64,000 nt of DNA from Octopus vulgaris (taxonomy: Eukaryota): positions 206,274,001-206,338,000 of the forward strand of contig OX597814.1 of the NCBI GenBank assembly GCA_951406725.2. The letters run 5' to 3'. Positions 38,901 to 52,615 of the stretch are shown here, piece after piece. Below the pieces are notes generated by a model. That model did no database searches, had not been told where the DNA came from, and worked only from the letters and a program-made list of their open reading frames with translations. The position numbers were made by a program, and so were the translations under genes. Each line of letters opens with the position of its first letter. Positions within the stretch are counted from its first letter, which is position 1.

Positions 38901-39518
38901 GTGGAAGGCACGCTAGATGCCGGAATATCGTTCAACCAATTTCACATGATATGGCACTCTTCTATTTATTCCTCTATAACATCTGGATGAGTTACCTCGG
39001 TCCCATAGAGTCTTAACAAAAAGTGGATTAGACTGACGTGGAAGGCACGCTAGATGCCGGAATATCGTTCAACCAATTTCACATGATATGGCACTCTTCT
39101 ATTTATTCCTCTATAACATCTGGATGAGTTACCTCGGTCCCATAGAGTCTTAACAAAAAGTGGATTAGACTGACGTGGAAGGCACGCTAGATGCCGGAAT
39201 ATCGTTCAACCAATTTCACATGATATGGCACTCTTCTATTTATTCCTCTATAACTTCTGGATGAGTTACCTCGGTCCCATAGAGTCTTAACAAAAAGTGG
39301 ATTAGACTGACGTGGAAGGCACGCTAGATGCCGGAATATCGTTCAACCAGTTTCACATGATATGGCACTCTTCTATTTATTTCTCTATAACTTCTGGATG
39401 AGTTACCTCGGTCCCTTAGAGTCTTAACAAAAAGTGGATTAGACTGACGTGGAAGGCACGCTAGATGCCGGAATATCGTTCAACCAGTTTCACATGATAT
39501 GGCACTCTTCTGTTTATT
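35919..39518. repeat. 137-bp minisatellite, 26 full units plus a partial unit
   Basis: Same unit and same boundaries as 13436-15256; 3.6 kb long. Confidence 0.98.
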
Positions 39519-40855
39519 GAGTGTTGTGTGCAACGAATAATACTACCTATGAGTCGGGCAGCAATTACGCTACAACATCCGAAAACGAGATGCCTAGGAT
39601 ATAAAACCACCGCATACAAAAAGGGTTCCTCCCGACGAATGAATGAGTTGGAAGACCCTTTCGAGTCTCTGCTGTCTTTGTGAAGAGCCCCGATTCCTGC
39701 TTACCGCGTTCCCTTCTGATGTATGTGGCACCCGGAGCAGCCCTTCAATTTGCAGTCCCCGGAATCCCACAAAAGATATATCGATTGTTGCATTTAACGG
39801 TGCGTAGTGTCCATCTCCCGACATGAAAACCACTATTATTTGATTTCAATACAGCCTGTACTTGGCTTATAGCCTACAGCATATACCCATAAAAATGCCG
39901 CCTGGGACGGACCTCGCCCTCCGCCCCGTTCTAGCTGATTTAGTGCTCTTCTTCAATGTCTGCCAATACAGCCGTTACTATTAATCAAATGTTTATTTCT
40001 GACATCACGTCTGCCGCTCTTACCTTCACACCGCATCGGCAACAACATGAAGATTTTAGGATGAATTCCTCACTTTAGAGAAAGGTTCTTTCTTCGATGT
40101 ATGTAGAAACTCTGACATAGACCGTACTGCATTGTCTGCCACGAGTGCTAAAAGTACTTTGACTCTGAACAAATTTCAGGCACGTTTCGACATGGACTGG
40201 AATTCGTTTTTCCACTCACCTTCTTTTGCTTTGTGCAACTGTAGGTTACCACGCATCTACTATGTTCTGTAGGCTCTGCTTTGGTTACCATTTTCTTCAA
40301 CTGTGATAGCCATTACATTTTTAAATCAATCTTTGCTGATATCTTCACTGCAGTGAAAAATAGGCTCAGTTTTTGCGCTTACCCTGACCTATTGGTCTGT
40401 ATACTAACGGATTGACCTGCTACAAAAGTCATAATGGCGATGAGGATATCATTGTTTGATGGTGCAAAAATGGATCTTACATTGACGAGATAGTGTTTGT
40501 GGTGCTGGTAGTGATGGTGGCTTCTTTGTTTTGTGAGAAATTGTCAGCTTGCAACAGGAGTGGCGATTCCTTGACGTCAGGTTTTCTTGTAACTCATGAT
40601 GTTTGCGGTGGCTTTGCTTGAATGCTGTGGCTGTGGTTATCACTGTTTCTACCTTCTCCTGTAGTTTTTACATCCGGTTTAAAATAAATCTTCCTCATTT
40701 CGAATACACAAAAATGTAACTAAAATGGTTCTTCCTTATTACTTTCAGTTTTATAATGAATATTTTCGGTTTGAAATATCTATGGAGTAATGAACCTAAA
40801 ACGAATCTTCATTAATTTATGTATTCTATTTTCTTTTGATTACAGATAACGAAAT

Positions 40856-43051
40856 ATGGCTGCCATGCAGACGACAACAACAGCAGCCAGTTCTCTTATT
40901 GTTTCAATCATTCTTATTATCACACTAACTGCACTAAACATCGAAGCGAAGGAGCACGTCTATGATTGCGAAATGAAAATCCCTCCCAATGTAACGAATA
41001 TTTTATCTCGTTTAGTAAAATTGGGAAAAAAAGTTTTCCATTTTGAAGTCCATCTATCAAACAAGACACTTGATGACCTTCTTAATCCTGTACCATTGGA
41101 TTACTTTGCAAACGCGCGGCATTTTACCTGGATTCCAGATAAACCAGACGGTTTAATAGCATATAAAAATTTCTACTATGATTTCTCAGCTTACTCTTTG
41201 AATTTGTTAAATGTCTACATTGCTAATCCAAGAATTGATATCGATATAAATTGTACAAAACAAAATATTCAAAGACGCGATATAATATATTTGATATTCG
41301 AAGAATTGAAAAGATTCGTATTTATACATAAATTGAAAATGGGAAAATCTGGATACATGTGTTTTTTTATAAATTTATCTCAAGACATCAAGAAAAACAA
41401 TCCTTTCTCATTTGAAGCTTACAGAAGAATTGGTATAAATCGGGAGATAGTGAAGAAATATTGCTGCGAACTCCATAAAAATGAAAGCCATGTTTATCAT
41501 CCAAAATCCATTTGTGCTGGAAATAGTATTAACCTCAGTATGTTTATAAATTTTGAAAAAATCGTCGCAGCGGTTTTATGCGCATATTTTCCATTGTTTA
41601 TCAATTTTGTATCAAAAGCTAAATTACCTTCATTTTCCCGTCAAAACACATTGCCATACAAATTAGAATGGATCAACGAAAACCATAATACTTACAATTT
41701 CACTGATATTCTGTCTTGGTTATTTTGCTTTCACCATTCCACATTCTTTGCCTCAAGACTAAGAAGATTCTTATTTATTCTATTTCCTCTTTCAATAATT
41801 TTCCTGGATCTTTTGATGCATTACTTCTTTTTATATGAAACAACAAAAATATTTTTCCAAGATGGTATACCATTGGCTCAACACGCTTTAATATTAGGAA
41901 TCCCAGAAAGTTATGAGAATACTGATGGCTTTTTTGGTGGTCCTTTTGTGTGGTTTATCTGTTACGTATCTTTCAACTTTATCCTCTTCGTTCTTCCCAG
42001 TCGTTTAAGTGAGACTATCGCTTATAATACTTTACATCAAAGATCCACTTGCACGTTTCTCATTCAAAATAAGAGATTATTAGAGAAGTATGGCAATTTA
42101 AATGTTTCTACTCTACAGGATTATGATCTACTCTATGCAATAATGAAAGGTAATATTTCTACTGCTTTAAACCCAAATTTCTGGTATTTAATAATTCATA
42201 CTTGGATTAATCGTATAAAGAAAATTTGGTTATATTTCTACGGAAGAAATATTTTCTGGAAATTCATTACACTTTGGCTCTTTCTTTCCATTACAATTTT
42301 ATTTTCTGCATTTTCTATGTGTGAATTATTTCTGTGCATCGTGTATTATGGAATCCCCTTTGTTTATTTGATTCCGACTTTACCATTAAGTTATTCTAGA
42401 GTTTATATTTTCCCTCTCTATGAAAATCCAAATTATATTTTTAAGATTGTTGCTGTAGTTCTAACTTTTCTATCCTTTCCGTTTTGTATATTATGGGAAC
42501 TTATTTCAATCTACATTATTGTTGTAACTTTGATAGTTCTATGCTGCTATATATTTAATATAGCTATCTCCGTACTTGCTAAACCTGATAATGTTGGTGA
42601 CGTATGGTTTGCTGCCATGTTTTTCGTGTATGGCGTTACAATTGTGAACGCCATCATGAAGCAGTATCAATCGGTAATATTTAATTCTGTAAAGCTCACG
42701 AAAATTTTTCGTCCAAATTTAGTTCAGACAAAATATGGAGAGGAATTCATAAATGCCAATTTGTTTAAGACAATTGTTAACCATCATTTTCCATTGAGAT
42801 TCGAGATTGGTAAATCCATTGTAAAACTGTTTCTAATCGTATCTTTTTTCTTTGCTTGCAACAATATAATAAGTCGAGAAGACTTGGACTTATCAACGTT
42901 CACAAGGATTACTCTGATATTAATGACGTCTTTGATACCGAATCTTTTGTCGATAATGAACACTAGATTTGTTCTTGATATAACCCTGTCAGATAAAATC
43001 GTTGAAACAATCAAATCATATGAAGAAGAGAATGAATCTCATATCTTTTAA
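40856..43051 (+). CDS. Uncharacterised 731-aa multi-pass membrane protein, paralog B
   Basis: Intact ORF with 10 amino-acid differences from paralog A. Confidence 0.9.
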   Translation: MAAMQTTTTAASSLIVSIILIITLTALNIEAKEHVYDCEMKIPPNVTNILSRLVKLGKKVFHFEVHLSNKTLDDLLNPVPLDYFANARHFTWIPDKPDGLIAYKNFYYDFSAYSLNLLNVYIANPRIDIDINCTKQNIQRRDIIYLIFEELKRFVFIHKLKMGKSGYMCFFINLSQDIKKNNPFSFEAYRRIGINREIVKKYCCELHKNESHVYHPKSICAGNSINLSMFINFEKIVAAVLCAYFPLFINFVSKAKLPSFSRQNTLPYKLEWINENHNTYNFTDILSWLFCFHHSTFFASRLRRFLFILFPLSIIFLDLLMHYFFLYETTKIFFQDGIPLAQHALILGIPESYENTDGFFGGPFVWFICYVSFNFILFVLPSRLSETIAYNTLHQRSTCTFLIQNKRLLEKYGNLNVSTLQDYDLLYAIMKGNISTALNPNFWYLIIHTWINRIKKIWLYFYGRNIFWKFITLWLFLSITILFSAFSMCELFLCIVYYGIPFVYLIPTLPLSYSRVYIFPLYENPNYIFKIVAVVLTFLSFPFCILWELISIYIIVVTLIVLCCYIFNIAISVLAKPDNVGDVWFAAMFFVYGVTIVNAIMKQYQSVIFNSVKLTKIFRPNLVQTKYGEEFINANLFKTIVNHHFPLRFEIGKSIVKLFLIVSFFFACNNIISREDLDLSTFTRITLILMTSLIPNLLSIMNTRFVLDITLSDKIVETIKSYEEENESHIF

Positions 43052-43629
43052 TCAACATAATGATTTTTAAAATATTTTATTCATAGCTTTATATGTTTTC
43101 TGCAAGTATACCCTGCATATTGTACCATAGGCTATACATTCACAGGCAGGCGCAGCTAGTCTATATATGCGTATACACATACATATATTCATATGTTCAT
43201 ATTTCCATGCATGCGTCAAATTCATATACAGAGTACGATGGGTAAATTGTCGCCATTTAATCACTTTAATTTCGCGCATGCGCATTGTTTTGGGGGATTT
43301 AGTCGACTACACAATATAGTAGGGTCAGTTGGGCACCATGACACAATTCACTCTGTCAGAAATTTAGAAACTACATGCTGTGCTGCTTGGCATTCGCGCC
43401 GGAATCTCCACTACAAAGATTTTAGTGTGAATCTGAGGACAGTGCAGAGGATTGGGAAGGAGTTGGATGAGTCTAATGGTGATTGCGAAGGTACGACAGC
43501 TCGGAATCTACACTCTGATCATTTTGATGAGAACAAAAAGACATCCTGAAGTTGTTGATGAGATCCAGGATATATTTGACAACGATCCTTCCAAGTTAAT
43601 CAGGCCCATTGTCAGGGACATGGGAGTTT

Positions 43630-45845
43630 ATGTACAAAAGCTACCTTTATTACAGGAAAATGATTGACATATCCATTCTTGACCGAAAAATGTGATAAAA
43701 GAGTTAGAACCAGAGTTACAGACACCTAGGGGTATTTGTAGATGATGGAATCAAACATTCGATTATGATGGATAAGATCAGAAAAGGATGTTATCGCAGG
43801 GTAATGGCAATACTGAAGGCAGAACTGAATGCAAGAAACAGGGTCGAAGCGATCAATACTTTAACCATGACGGTTGCGACTTGCAATTTCAATATAATTA
43901 ACTGGTCAGTTACTGAAATCTCTAACCTTAATTAGAAAAATACGTAAGTTGGTGATGATGAATAGAATGCTCCACCCTAAAGAAGACATAGAACGAATTT
44001 ACATGCCAAGAAGAGAGAGTGGCGATGGAGATTTACAACTGGAATTGATAATGAAGACTGCCCCTGTTGGTCTAAACACCTACCTGAAAATCTCTGAGGA
44101 CTGGAAGCTAAAGCTTGTCTTAAAGCATGGAAACAAAAGAACAAAAGCCTCACACTCAGGAACAAAATAGGCAAAGGAATATCTAAGTGAATTCCAAATA
44201 CGATTAATCTCAGAATTAGACGTACTGGAAAGAAGCACAGAAGAATGTAAGCGTATGAAAAGCCGTGCTTTCTTAGATATTCTTACTGATAAATAGCACG
44301 AAAAACCGTTTAATGTCAAATACCCAAAGAGAGCTAATAGGGCCGATGTTGACAAAACGCTTACCCATCAATGCTTAGTGTTTCCTGGCTTAAAATCAGA
44401 GACAGAAGGGTTTATCATAGCAGCCTAAGATCAATGCCTACTTACAAGGAACTACCAGGCCAACATACTAGAGAACGGCAGCTGGCCAACCTGTCGTGTA
44501 TGTTAACAAAAGAAATGAAAGCATCGATCATGTCTTCACGTACAGTCTTCTTTTGTTTAGAGAGTATCTCAGCAGGCATGATAGAGCCGCAAAGTATATT
44601 CACTGGGTAATTGGTAAAGATTGGACCTGTCTCATGATAAAAACTGGTGGGAACACAAACCACCTCCAGTGCTTGAAAACCACCATATCTCACTCCTTTG
44701 GAACTTCACCGTTCAAACTGACAGAAAGATAGATGCAAATAGGCCAGACATTATATTGGAGGATTTCAGACAAAAATCATGCCTGCCCATTGATATGATT
44801 TTCCTTATCGGCATAAATGTATGTGTCAAGACATACCAAACACTGGGCAAGTATAAAGATCTTGAAATAGAAATTGGCAAAACGTGGAACCTCAAGACTA
44901 AAACAATACCTTTGTGATCGGTGTCCAGGAATAACAGCAAAATGGGCTGATTGCGACCCATCTTAGATAGAAATGAATAAAATGTATGAAATTCTGAAAA
45001 TAGTGCTCATAGGAACTATTCATATGCTACGTAAAATATTGTCTATGTAATTCCCCAAAACATTTTAATCCGTAAACAGTGTGAAAATACTTCTAAATGT
45101 ACATAACAGCAAACACCTTTTACTGTCACCTTAACATCAGAATATCACCTATGATCAAATTTCTTTGAAAATAAACTTCTAATTTACTTATATTTTGACA
45201 GACATTCTCTAAAACAATATAGTAGGGGCCTTCTCGTAAAACGAAAACTCGTAAAACAGAGCAATAATTTCCCATTAGTAGTAATGTTATAAATCGTAAT
45301 TCGTTCCCAGAACAAAATATTTTACTTATAAAATTTATAAAACTCGTAAATAAATGACAATAAAACAACAGTAACATGTAAAGAATATTTTATGTAAAGT
45401 ACAAACATGTCAAGATCATTTATAATAAAAAAAATATTATTATAACCGGTGTCTGAATTACTTTCACTCGTACTAGACTCGTGCACACCATCTGACTTGT
45501 AGGCGCAATCGTGATTCATAAGCACTCGTCGACGGACTTGTAGATTTCTTTTTAAAAACAAGTCGAGGAGTTGTTTGCTTTGTAGATGCTTTCTTTTGCT
45601 GCCTATAAATTTCTTCGTAAAATGCAGAAGCATTTGTTATGGTAGTAGAATCTTTTGCAATTCGTCGAAAATTTGGATCTTGTGCTTGAAATATATAACT
45701 CGTAAAGCGGGTCCCTGTAAAGGGAGGTATTACTACACTCAGTGCATAATCCAAAATATGGCATGTTGGTCATAATACCAAGTTGAACTTCTAACTTGAG
45801 GTCCCTGGGTGAGACTTCTACAAATACAAATCAAAAGCCAAACAT

Positions 45846-45850
<5 letters not shown>
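43630..45850 (+). mobile_element. R4/Dong family-B degenerate 3' half, with the same 3' UTR insertion
   Basis: RMLHPKEDIERIYMPR, SGLKSETEGFI, RHDRAAKYIHW, RPDII; ends at (AAT)n. Confidence 0.85.
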
Positions 45851-46016
<166 letters not shown>

Positions 46017-46384
46017 CTACGATTCTCTCTGGTCGAACACAACTTCCCTATTCACAAACAATACAGAACCGCCCTTCCTTAATTTTTCTTAAGCCTAATA
46101 GTAGTAAACATCTGATTTTTTTTGACCGATAGGACCGCACCTAAAAAAAAAAAAAAAAAAAAAAAGGACAGTCAGCCAGCCAACGAGACAGACAGACACT
46201 ACCGTGATGGTGATAATGATAAAAAAACAAAAATAACAATAATAAGATACTGCTGTGACTACACATAAAACAATATCGTTGATGATGATGGTGGTGATGG
46301 TGATGGTGATGATGATAATGATGATGGTAATGGTGGTGATAATGATGATAGTGATGGTAATGGTGATGATAATAACAATAATAA

Positions 46385-49300
46385 GCCGACTACGGCTGCT
46401 ATGATGGTACGATTATAATTGTAACGGCAATGATGGCCGTCTCCCCACGAGCCAATCAAAGCTAAAAAAATGATAACATTATCGTAGCACCAAAATGTTT
46501 TTGGAAACTAAAAGGAAAACTAAATCAGTATACCAAATCGCTTGTCCTATGGTTAATCTGGAAGCGCGTCCCCCAGGGAAGAGCCAGCCTGGGATCGAAA
46601 AGTCATCAACTGGCACAAACTCTTCTCTGAAAACGGACATGGATGGTCACTTGAACGGGAAATCCCCCAACTCGAGCCCTCCAAGTTCACCACCACAACC
46701 ACCACAGAAAGAAAAATGTAAGCGGAACAAATGGACCCGAGAAGAGTATAAAGAAGTAATATACGCTTATTACTATGCATTAGGTAGGCCATCTCAAGAG
46801 AGACACACCGCAAACTCTTACAGTATATGGAGAACACGGAATCAAGACAGTAGGCCCTATTTGGACGAGAACAAATTAGCAAATGTGAGGAGGGATATCT
46901 TTAGAAATAACAGACTCACAGACAGTGAAATAAGCGCGATCAAGCACGCAACGGAAAATGACATAAATATAAGACACAAAGGAAATGAGGAATCAGATGA
47001 ACAGTATAGCCCGCCACGAGGCTTAATTGAAAGACTGCCATCTGACCAAAGTACGCAAAGGCCTGAAGATACAAGAAATTCTATTGTACCTGTTAAAGAT
47101 AGCCAGGAAAACGAAAAAACAACAGTAACTGAAGATCTCGCATTTGCTGAAAAACACAGAGAGTCTATAGCAGAAATGAGGCAGAAAATCCTGAATACGC
47201 TTGAAGTTGTAAGACATACAAGTATGAATGATAGAGAACCGCTTCATAAACTCTCAAATACAAACCAAAATAAAAAACAAATCCAAATTGGCAACTATGT
47301 AACAAATGAAATAATACGAGAATTAAAACCTGATTTTACTGAGTTAAATGAAATTATTTACGCTTCTGCTAGGGCAATTGAAACCAGCTGTATGCCCCCG
47401 AAAAAACAAAGAAAACAAAACCTGGGAAGAAATCAAACCTGGAGAAGTAAAATTGAAAAAGAGATTGAATTTATGAGAGGGGAAATATCAATATTAAATG
47501 AACTAATATGTGGAAATGATGTAAGATCCAGAACAGGAAGAAAGATGAAGAGAAAATTTGGATCCTCACCAAGAGAAGAACTGATATCAATAAAAGAAAC
47601 GCTGAAACAAAAAGTCCAAGCAAAAGCCCAAAGAATACGAAGATTTGAGAAGAGAAACAAGTTTTACAAGCAAAATAAGCTGTTCACATCCAATGCCAAA
47701 AAATTCTACAGAGAAATAGGGAAGGAGAAAGTAACCGTTAAAGACCCCCCTCCCATGGAAGAAGTTCAAAACTTTTGGAAAAGGATTTGGAGTGACAAGA
47801 AGACGTACAACATAAATTCAGACTGGATTATACAAACTGAAGGATCCTACCAAAATTTACAACAACAAGCATGGGAAGACATCACAATAGCAGACCTAAG
47901 AAAGGCACTCACGAAGGCCCATAATTGGAAATCCCCGGTAAAGATAGGGTGCCGAATTTCTGGCTCGCATCGCTCCCGTGCGCACACGGTAAGCTAGTTC
48001 AGCTGCTCAATGGAATTATGAGAGACCCAAAGAAAACACCTGAATGGTTAGCAAGTGGCATTACTTACCTACTCCCAAAGAATAACGAAACCAACCTTCC
48101 AAAAAACTATCGGCCTATAACCTGTCTATCCACCACGTATAAAATCCTAACATCTATCCTGGCGGAGAAAACATATGCATTCATGGAGAAGAACGATATT
48201 TTCCCCATTGAACAAAAAGGGTGCCGCCGAGGCTCTTACGGATGCAAAGATCAACTGCTAATCAATCGTATGATCCTTGAGAACTGTCACAACAAGCGCA
48301 GAAATCTCAGCGCCGCATGGATTGACTATAAAAAGGCCTTCGACAGTATACCGCATCCATGGATCTTGAGATCGCTGGACATCTTCAAAATTTCCCCTGT
48401 GATTTCAAACTTCCTGAAGCACAATATGTCGTTGTGGAATACGAATCTCCAATTATACCACTCTAATGGAGTACTTGCCTCAGAAAATATAAACATCAAC
48501 TGTGGAAGTTTTCAAGGTGACTCACTTTCACCTTTAATATTCTGCATAGCCCTAATACCCCTTACAAGTGAATTAAACAGAACAGGGTATGGGTATAAAA
48601 TTGCCAATAAAAAAATAAGCCATCTATTTTATATGGATGACTTAAAACTTTATGGTAAAGACAATAATGAACTTGAAGGCCTATTGTGCACTGTGAAAAC
48701 ATTCAGCGATGACATCGGGATGGAGTTTGGACTTGAGAAGTGTGCCAAGGCCACTTTCCAGAAAGGGAAAGTGAAGACCACAAATTCAGTCGTGTTAGAT
48801 GTTGACACAGTCATAAGAGAGCTTGAGCAAGAACAAACATACAAATATTTTGGGATAAATGAAGGCTCTGGTATTCAGCATGCAAGCATGAAAGAGAAAA
48901 TCAGGAAGGAATGTTATAGGAGAGTTCGTGCAGTCCTGAAATCTGAACTAAATGCACGTAACAAGGTGTTAGCTATAAATTCCTTAGCAGTTCCAGTTGT
49001 TACTTATAGCTACAATGTGTTGAACTGGAATATGAGTGAAGTAAAGAATATAGATAGGAAAATACGCAAGCTGCTGAGTTGTAATAGGATGCACCACCCA
49101 AAGGCAGACGTAGATCGCCTTTACCTTCCCAGAGCCCAAGGAGGTCGAGGTCTGATCCAATTTGAATTAGCTTACAAAACAACCACAATTGGACTGGCCA
49201 AATATCTCGAAATATCGAATGACTGGATGCTAAAGCTCGTGGAAAATCACGAGAGACGAAAGAAGCTTCATTCTATCATAAAGGAAAGCAAAAAATTTGC

Positions 49301-50345
49301 TATTGATCTCGTACAGGATACCCAAACTGAACAACCCGAGGGAAGTACGGCAACTATTGTTGCAAAGAAGGTGAAAAAAATGGCAACGCAAAAAGCGCAC
49401 GAGCAATTGGCTGATAGGTGGGAGGAGAAACCTCTGCACGGCAAATATGTGGCCCGTAGCAAACAAGCTGATGTTGACCAGAAGCAAACCCATCAGTGGC
49501 TACGGAGCTCAGGGCTAAAAGCAGAGAGTGAAGGTTTCATCCTGGCTGCTCAAGATCAAAGCCTATTAACCCGGAACTACCAGGCCAATGTAATGAAAAA
49601 TGGAGCAGACCCAAAATGCCGATTCTGCAATGACATGATTGAAACAGTGGACCACCTAATCTCTGGATGTAAAGTCTTAACACCAGTGGAGTATAAATTA
49701 AGACATGACAGAGTTGGCCAATATCTCCACTGGCTAATTAGTCGACATTACAATATCAAAACTGCCGACAAGTGGTATAATCACCACCCTGAAGCTATAA
49801 CTGAAGGAGAAAGTGTAACGATTCTGTGGGACTTTCCAGTACATACAGACCGAACCATCAAAGCCAATAAACCAGATATTGTTGTGAAAGACAAAAACAA
49901 TAAAGGTTGCTTATTGATCGACATGAGCATCCCCTGTGATCATAATATCTCGGCGAAAGAGTTTGACAAGCTCAGAAAATATAAAGACCTGCTCATTGAA
50001 ATTGAGAAAATGTGGCATCTCAAGGCGGTTACAATACCAGTGATCGTAGGAGCACTAGGAATGATCAAAAAGGGAATCGAAAATTATATGAGAATGATCC
50101 CTGGCTTACCATCCCTGCAAGAAGTGCAAAAGATTGTCTTAACTGGTACATCACACGTATTGAGAAGAGCATTGTCGCTGTGAGAACTATTACTACCCAT
50201 GTAGTAATAGTTTTTTAACTTTAAAAAAAATGAACGAACTATTGAGTTTAGTTTAATGGCCTACCAATGTATACTATGAGTTTCTTTGCCCTAGGAGTCG
50301 GGAAGACACTCGGCAAGAAATGGAAGCAAATTTGAAAGAAAAAGA
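46385..50345 (+). mobile_element. Near-intact R4/Dong-clade non-LTR retrotransposon (family A)
   Basis: Single long ORF with RT and RLE; AAT repeats on both sides. The 5' boundary is approximate. Confidence 0.92.
46495..50183 (+). CDS. RT + CCHC zinc knuckle + restriction-like endonuclease polyprotein (~1229 aa if one frameshift is repaired)
   Basis: YRPITCL, EQKG, WIDYKKAFD, QGDSLSP, HLFYMDDLKLY, CRFC..H...GC, RHD, KPDIVV, IDMSIP, K..KY. One missing base in the C run at 47933-47936 (WKSP-GKD). Confidence 0.88.
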
Positions 50346-50362
50346 TAATAATAATAATGATG

Positions 50363-50423
<61 letters not shown>

Positions 50424-50425
<2 letters not shown>

Positions 50426-51454
50426 TACAAGAAACAAGCACAGAAAAAGCTAGGCGCATGAAAACCCGTGCCAAAACTGCGGCCTTAGATATTCTGAATA
50501 ATAAATGGCAAGAAAAACCTCTCTATGGGCAAATACCCAAAGAGAGCGAATAATGTAGATATCGACAAAGCCCTGACCCATCAATGGCTAATGGCCTCTG
50601 GCTTAAAATCTGAAACAGAGGGGTTTATCATAGCAGCTCAAGATCAATGCTTACCAACAAGAAACTACCAGGCCAACATATTAAAGAACGGCAGTAGCCC
50701 AACATGTCGTGTATGCCGACAACAAAATGAAACCATTGATCATGTTGTCTCCAAATGCACTCTTCTAGCGCCTACAGAGTACCTCAATAGGCATGATAGA
50801 GCTGCACAATATATTCACTGGGTAATTTGCAAAAACCTGGATTTGCCCCATGAAAAAAACTGGTGGGAACACAATCCACCTCCAGTGCTTGAAAATGACC
50901 ACATCTCACTCCTCTGGAACTTCACCATTCAAACTGACAGGAAGATAGATGCAAATAGGCCAGACATCATATTAAAAGACTTCAGACAAAGAACATGCCT
51001 CCTAATTGATATGACTGTCCCAATCGATATAAACGTATCTGTCAAGACCTACCAAAAACTGAGCAAATATAAAGATCTTGAAATAGAAATCAGCAAAATG
51101 TGGAAGCTGAAGACTAAAACAATACCTGTTGTCATAGGTGCCCTGGGAATGATAGCGAAAGGGACTGATTGCTACCTAACTCAGATACCAGGAAACCCCA
51201 AAATGGCAGAAATTCAAAAGATAGTGCTCATGGGAACTGCTCATATCCTACGCAAAATACTCTCTATGTAATCCCAAGGTTTAAAACAAACTTTTTTTTT
51301 TTTTTTTTTTTTTATGTATTAGACATTCACTAGTACAAAAAACAAAAGAAAACCCCAAATATATGGCACAGAACTTCCAACCTGTTGTCTCTTGAGGTCT
51401 CTGGGTGAGATTTGGAGCCAACTTGTACAGACCATAAAGCAAAAGTCAAACATA

Positions 51455-51455
<1 letters not shown>
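50424..51455 (+). mobile_element. 5'-truncated R4/Dong family-B copy (ORF 50525-51271)
   Basis: CCHC and RLE motifs; flanked on both sides by (AAT)n. Confidence 0.92.
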
Positions 51456-51546
<91 letters not shown>

Positions 51547-51548
<2 letters not shown>

Positions 51549-52374
51549 CGCAAAAGAAATAGACAAAGAAAAATCCCAGCAATGGTTGAGAAGCTCAGGA
51601 CTCAAAGCAGAAACAGAGGGATTTTTAATTGCAGCACAAGACCAAAGCCTCCCCACCAGAAATTGCCAAAAACATGTAATGAAAAGAAATATTACAAGTA
51701 ACTGCAGAATATGTGGAGATGGACAAGAAACAATAAATCATATTATCTCTAGCTGCCCAGTCCTGGCTAAGAAGGAATATATTCACAGACATGACAGAGT
51801 TGGAACTTACATACATTGGAAGCTATGCCAACATTATGGAATAACAACAGAAAAAAGATGGTATAGGCACACACCAGAAAAGGTCACAGAAAACGAGAAA
51901 GCAACCATACTCTGGGATATGCCGATACACACAGATAGAGAAATTAAGGCCAACAGACCAGATATAGTTGTCAGAGACCATGAAGAAAAAAATGCTTTCT
52001 AATTGATGTATCAGTACCGGCAGATGACAACGTTTCTCTAAAAGAAATGGAGAAACTCTCAAAATACAAAGACCTGGAAATAGAGGTAACTAGAATGTGG
52101 AATCTGAAAACAGAAACAATTCCTATCATAGTAGGTGCATTAGGCATGATAAAAAAATATTCAGACAAATACATAACAAAAACACCAGGACTTACAAACA
52201 CATATAACATACAGAAAATTGCACTACTAGGCACTGCACACATCCTACGCAGAACACTTTCCATACAATAACCATCAGAGCATCACAACAAATCACAGCA
52301 CATACCCAAGGCACACAGAGCTGCGCTCAGTAGTGAAGTGAAAGCACGCTATAAAAATAAAAATAAAACTACTG
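51547..52374 (+). mobile_element. 5'-truncated R4/Dong family-C copy
   Basis: WLRSSGLKAETEG, CRIC, RHD, RPDIVV, KYKDL; flanked by (AAT)n. Confidence 0.92.
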
Positions 52375-52409
52375 AATAATAATAATAAGGATAATAATAA
52401 TCCTTCCTA

Positions 52410-52615
52410 CTGGATACACAAGGCCTCAAATTTGGGGGAACAAATTAAGTAGATTATATCGACCTCAGTACGTAACTAGTTCTCAATTTATCGACCCCGA
52501 AAGGATGAAAGGCAAAGTCGACATCGGCGGAATTTGAACTCAGAACGTGTCGACGATTGAAATACTTCTAATCATTTCGTCCAGCGTACTAACGATTCTT
52601 TCAGCTCACCACCTT
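52410..52615 (-). mobile_element. Nin-core tRNA-derived SINE
   Basis: tcgaccccgaaaggatgaaaggcaaagtcgac...gaatttgaactcagaacg. Confidence 0.85.

Noticed and set aside
51412-52002. Apparent poly-Ile membrane-anchored RLE fusion ORFs (also 58162-59049)
   Set aside because: Chance read-through from (ATA)n into 5'-truncated LINE copies; frameshifted downstream.
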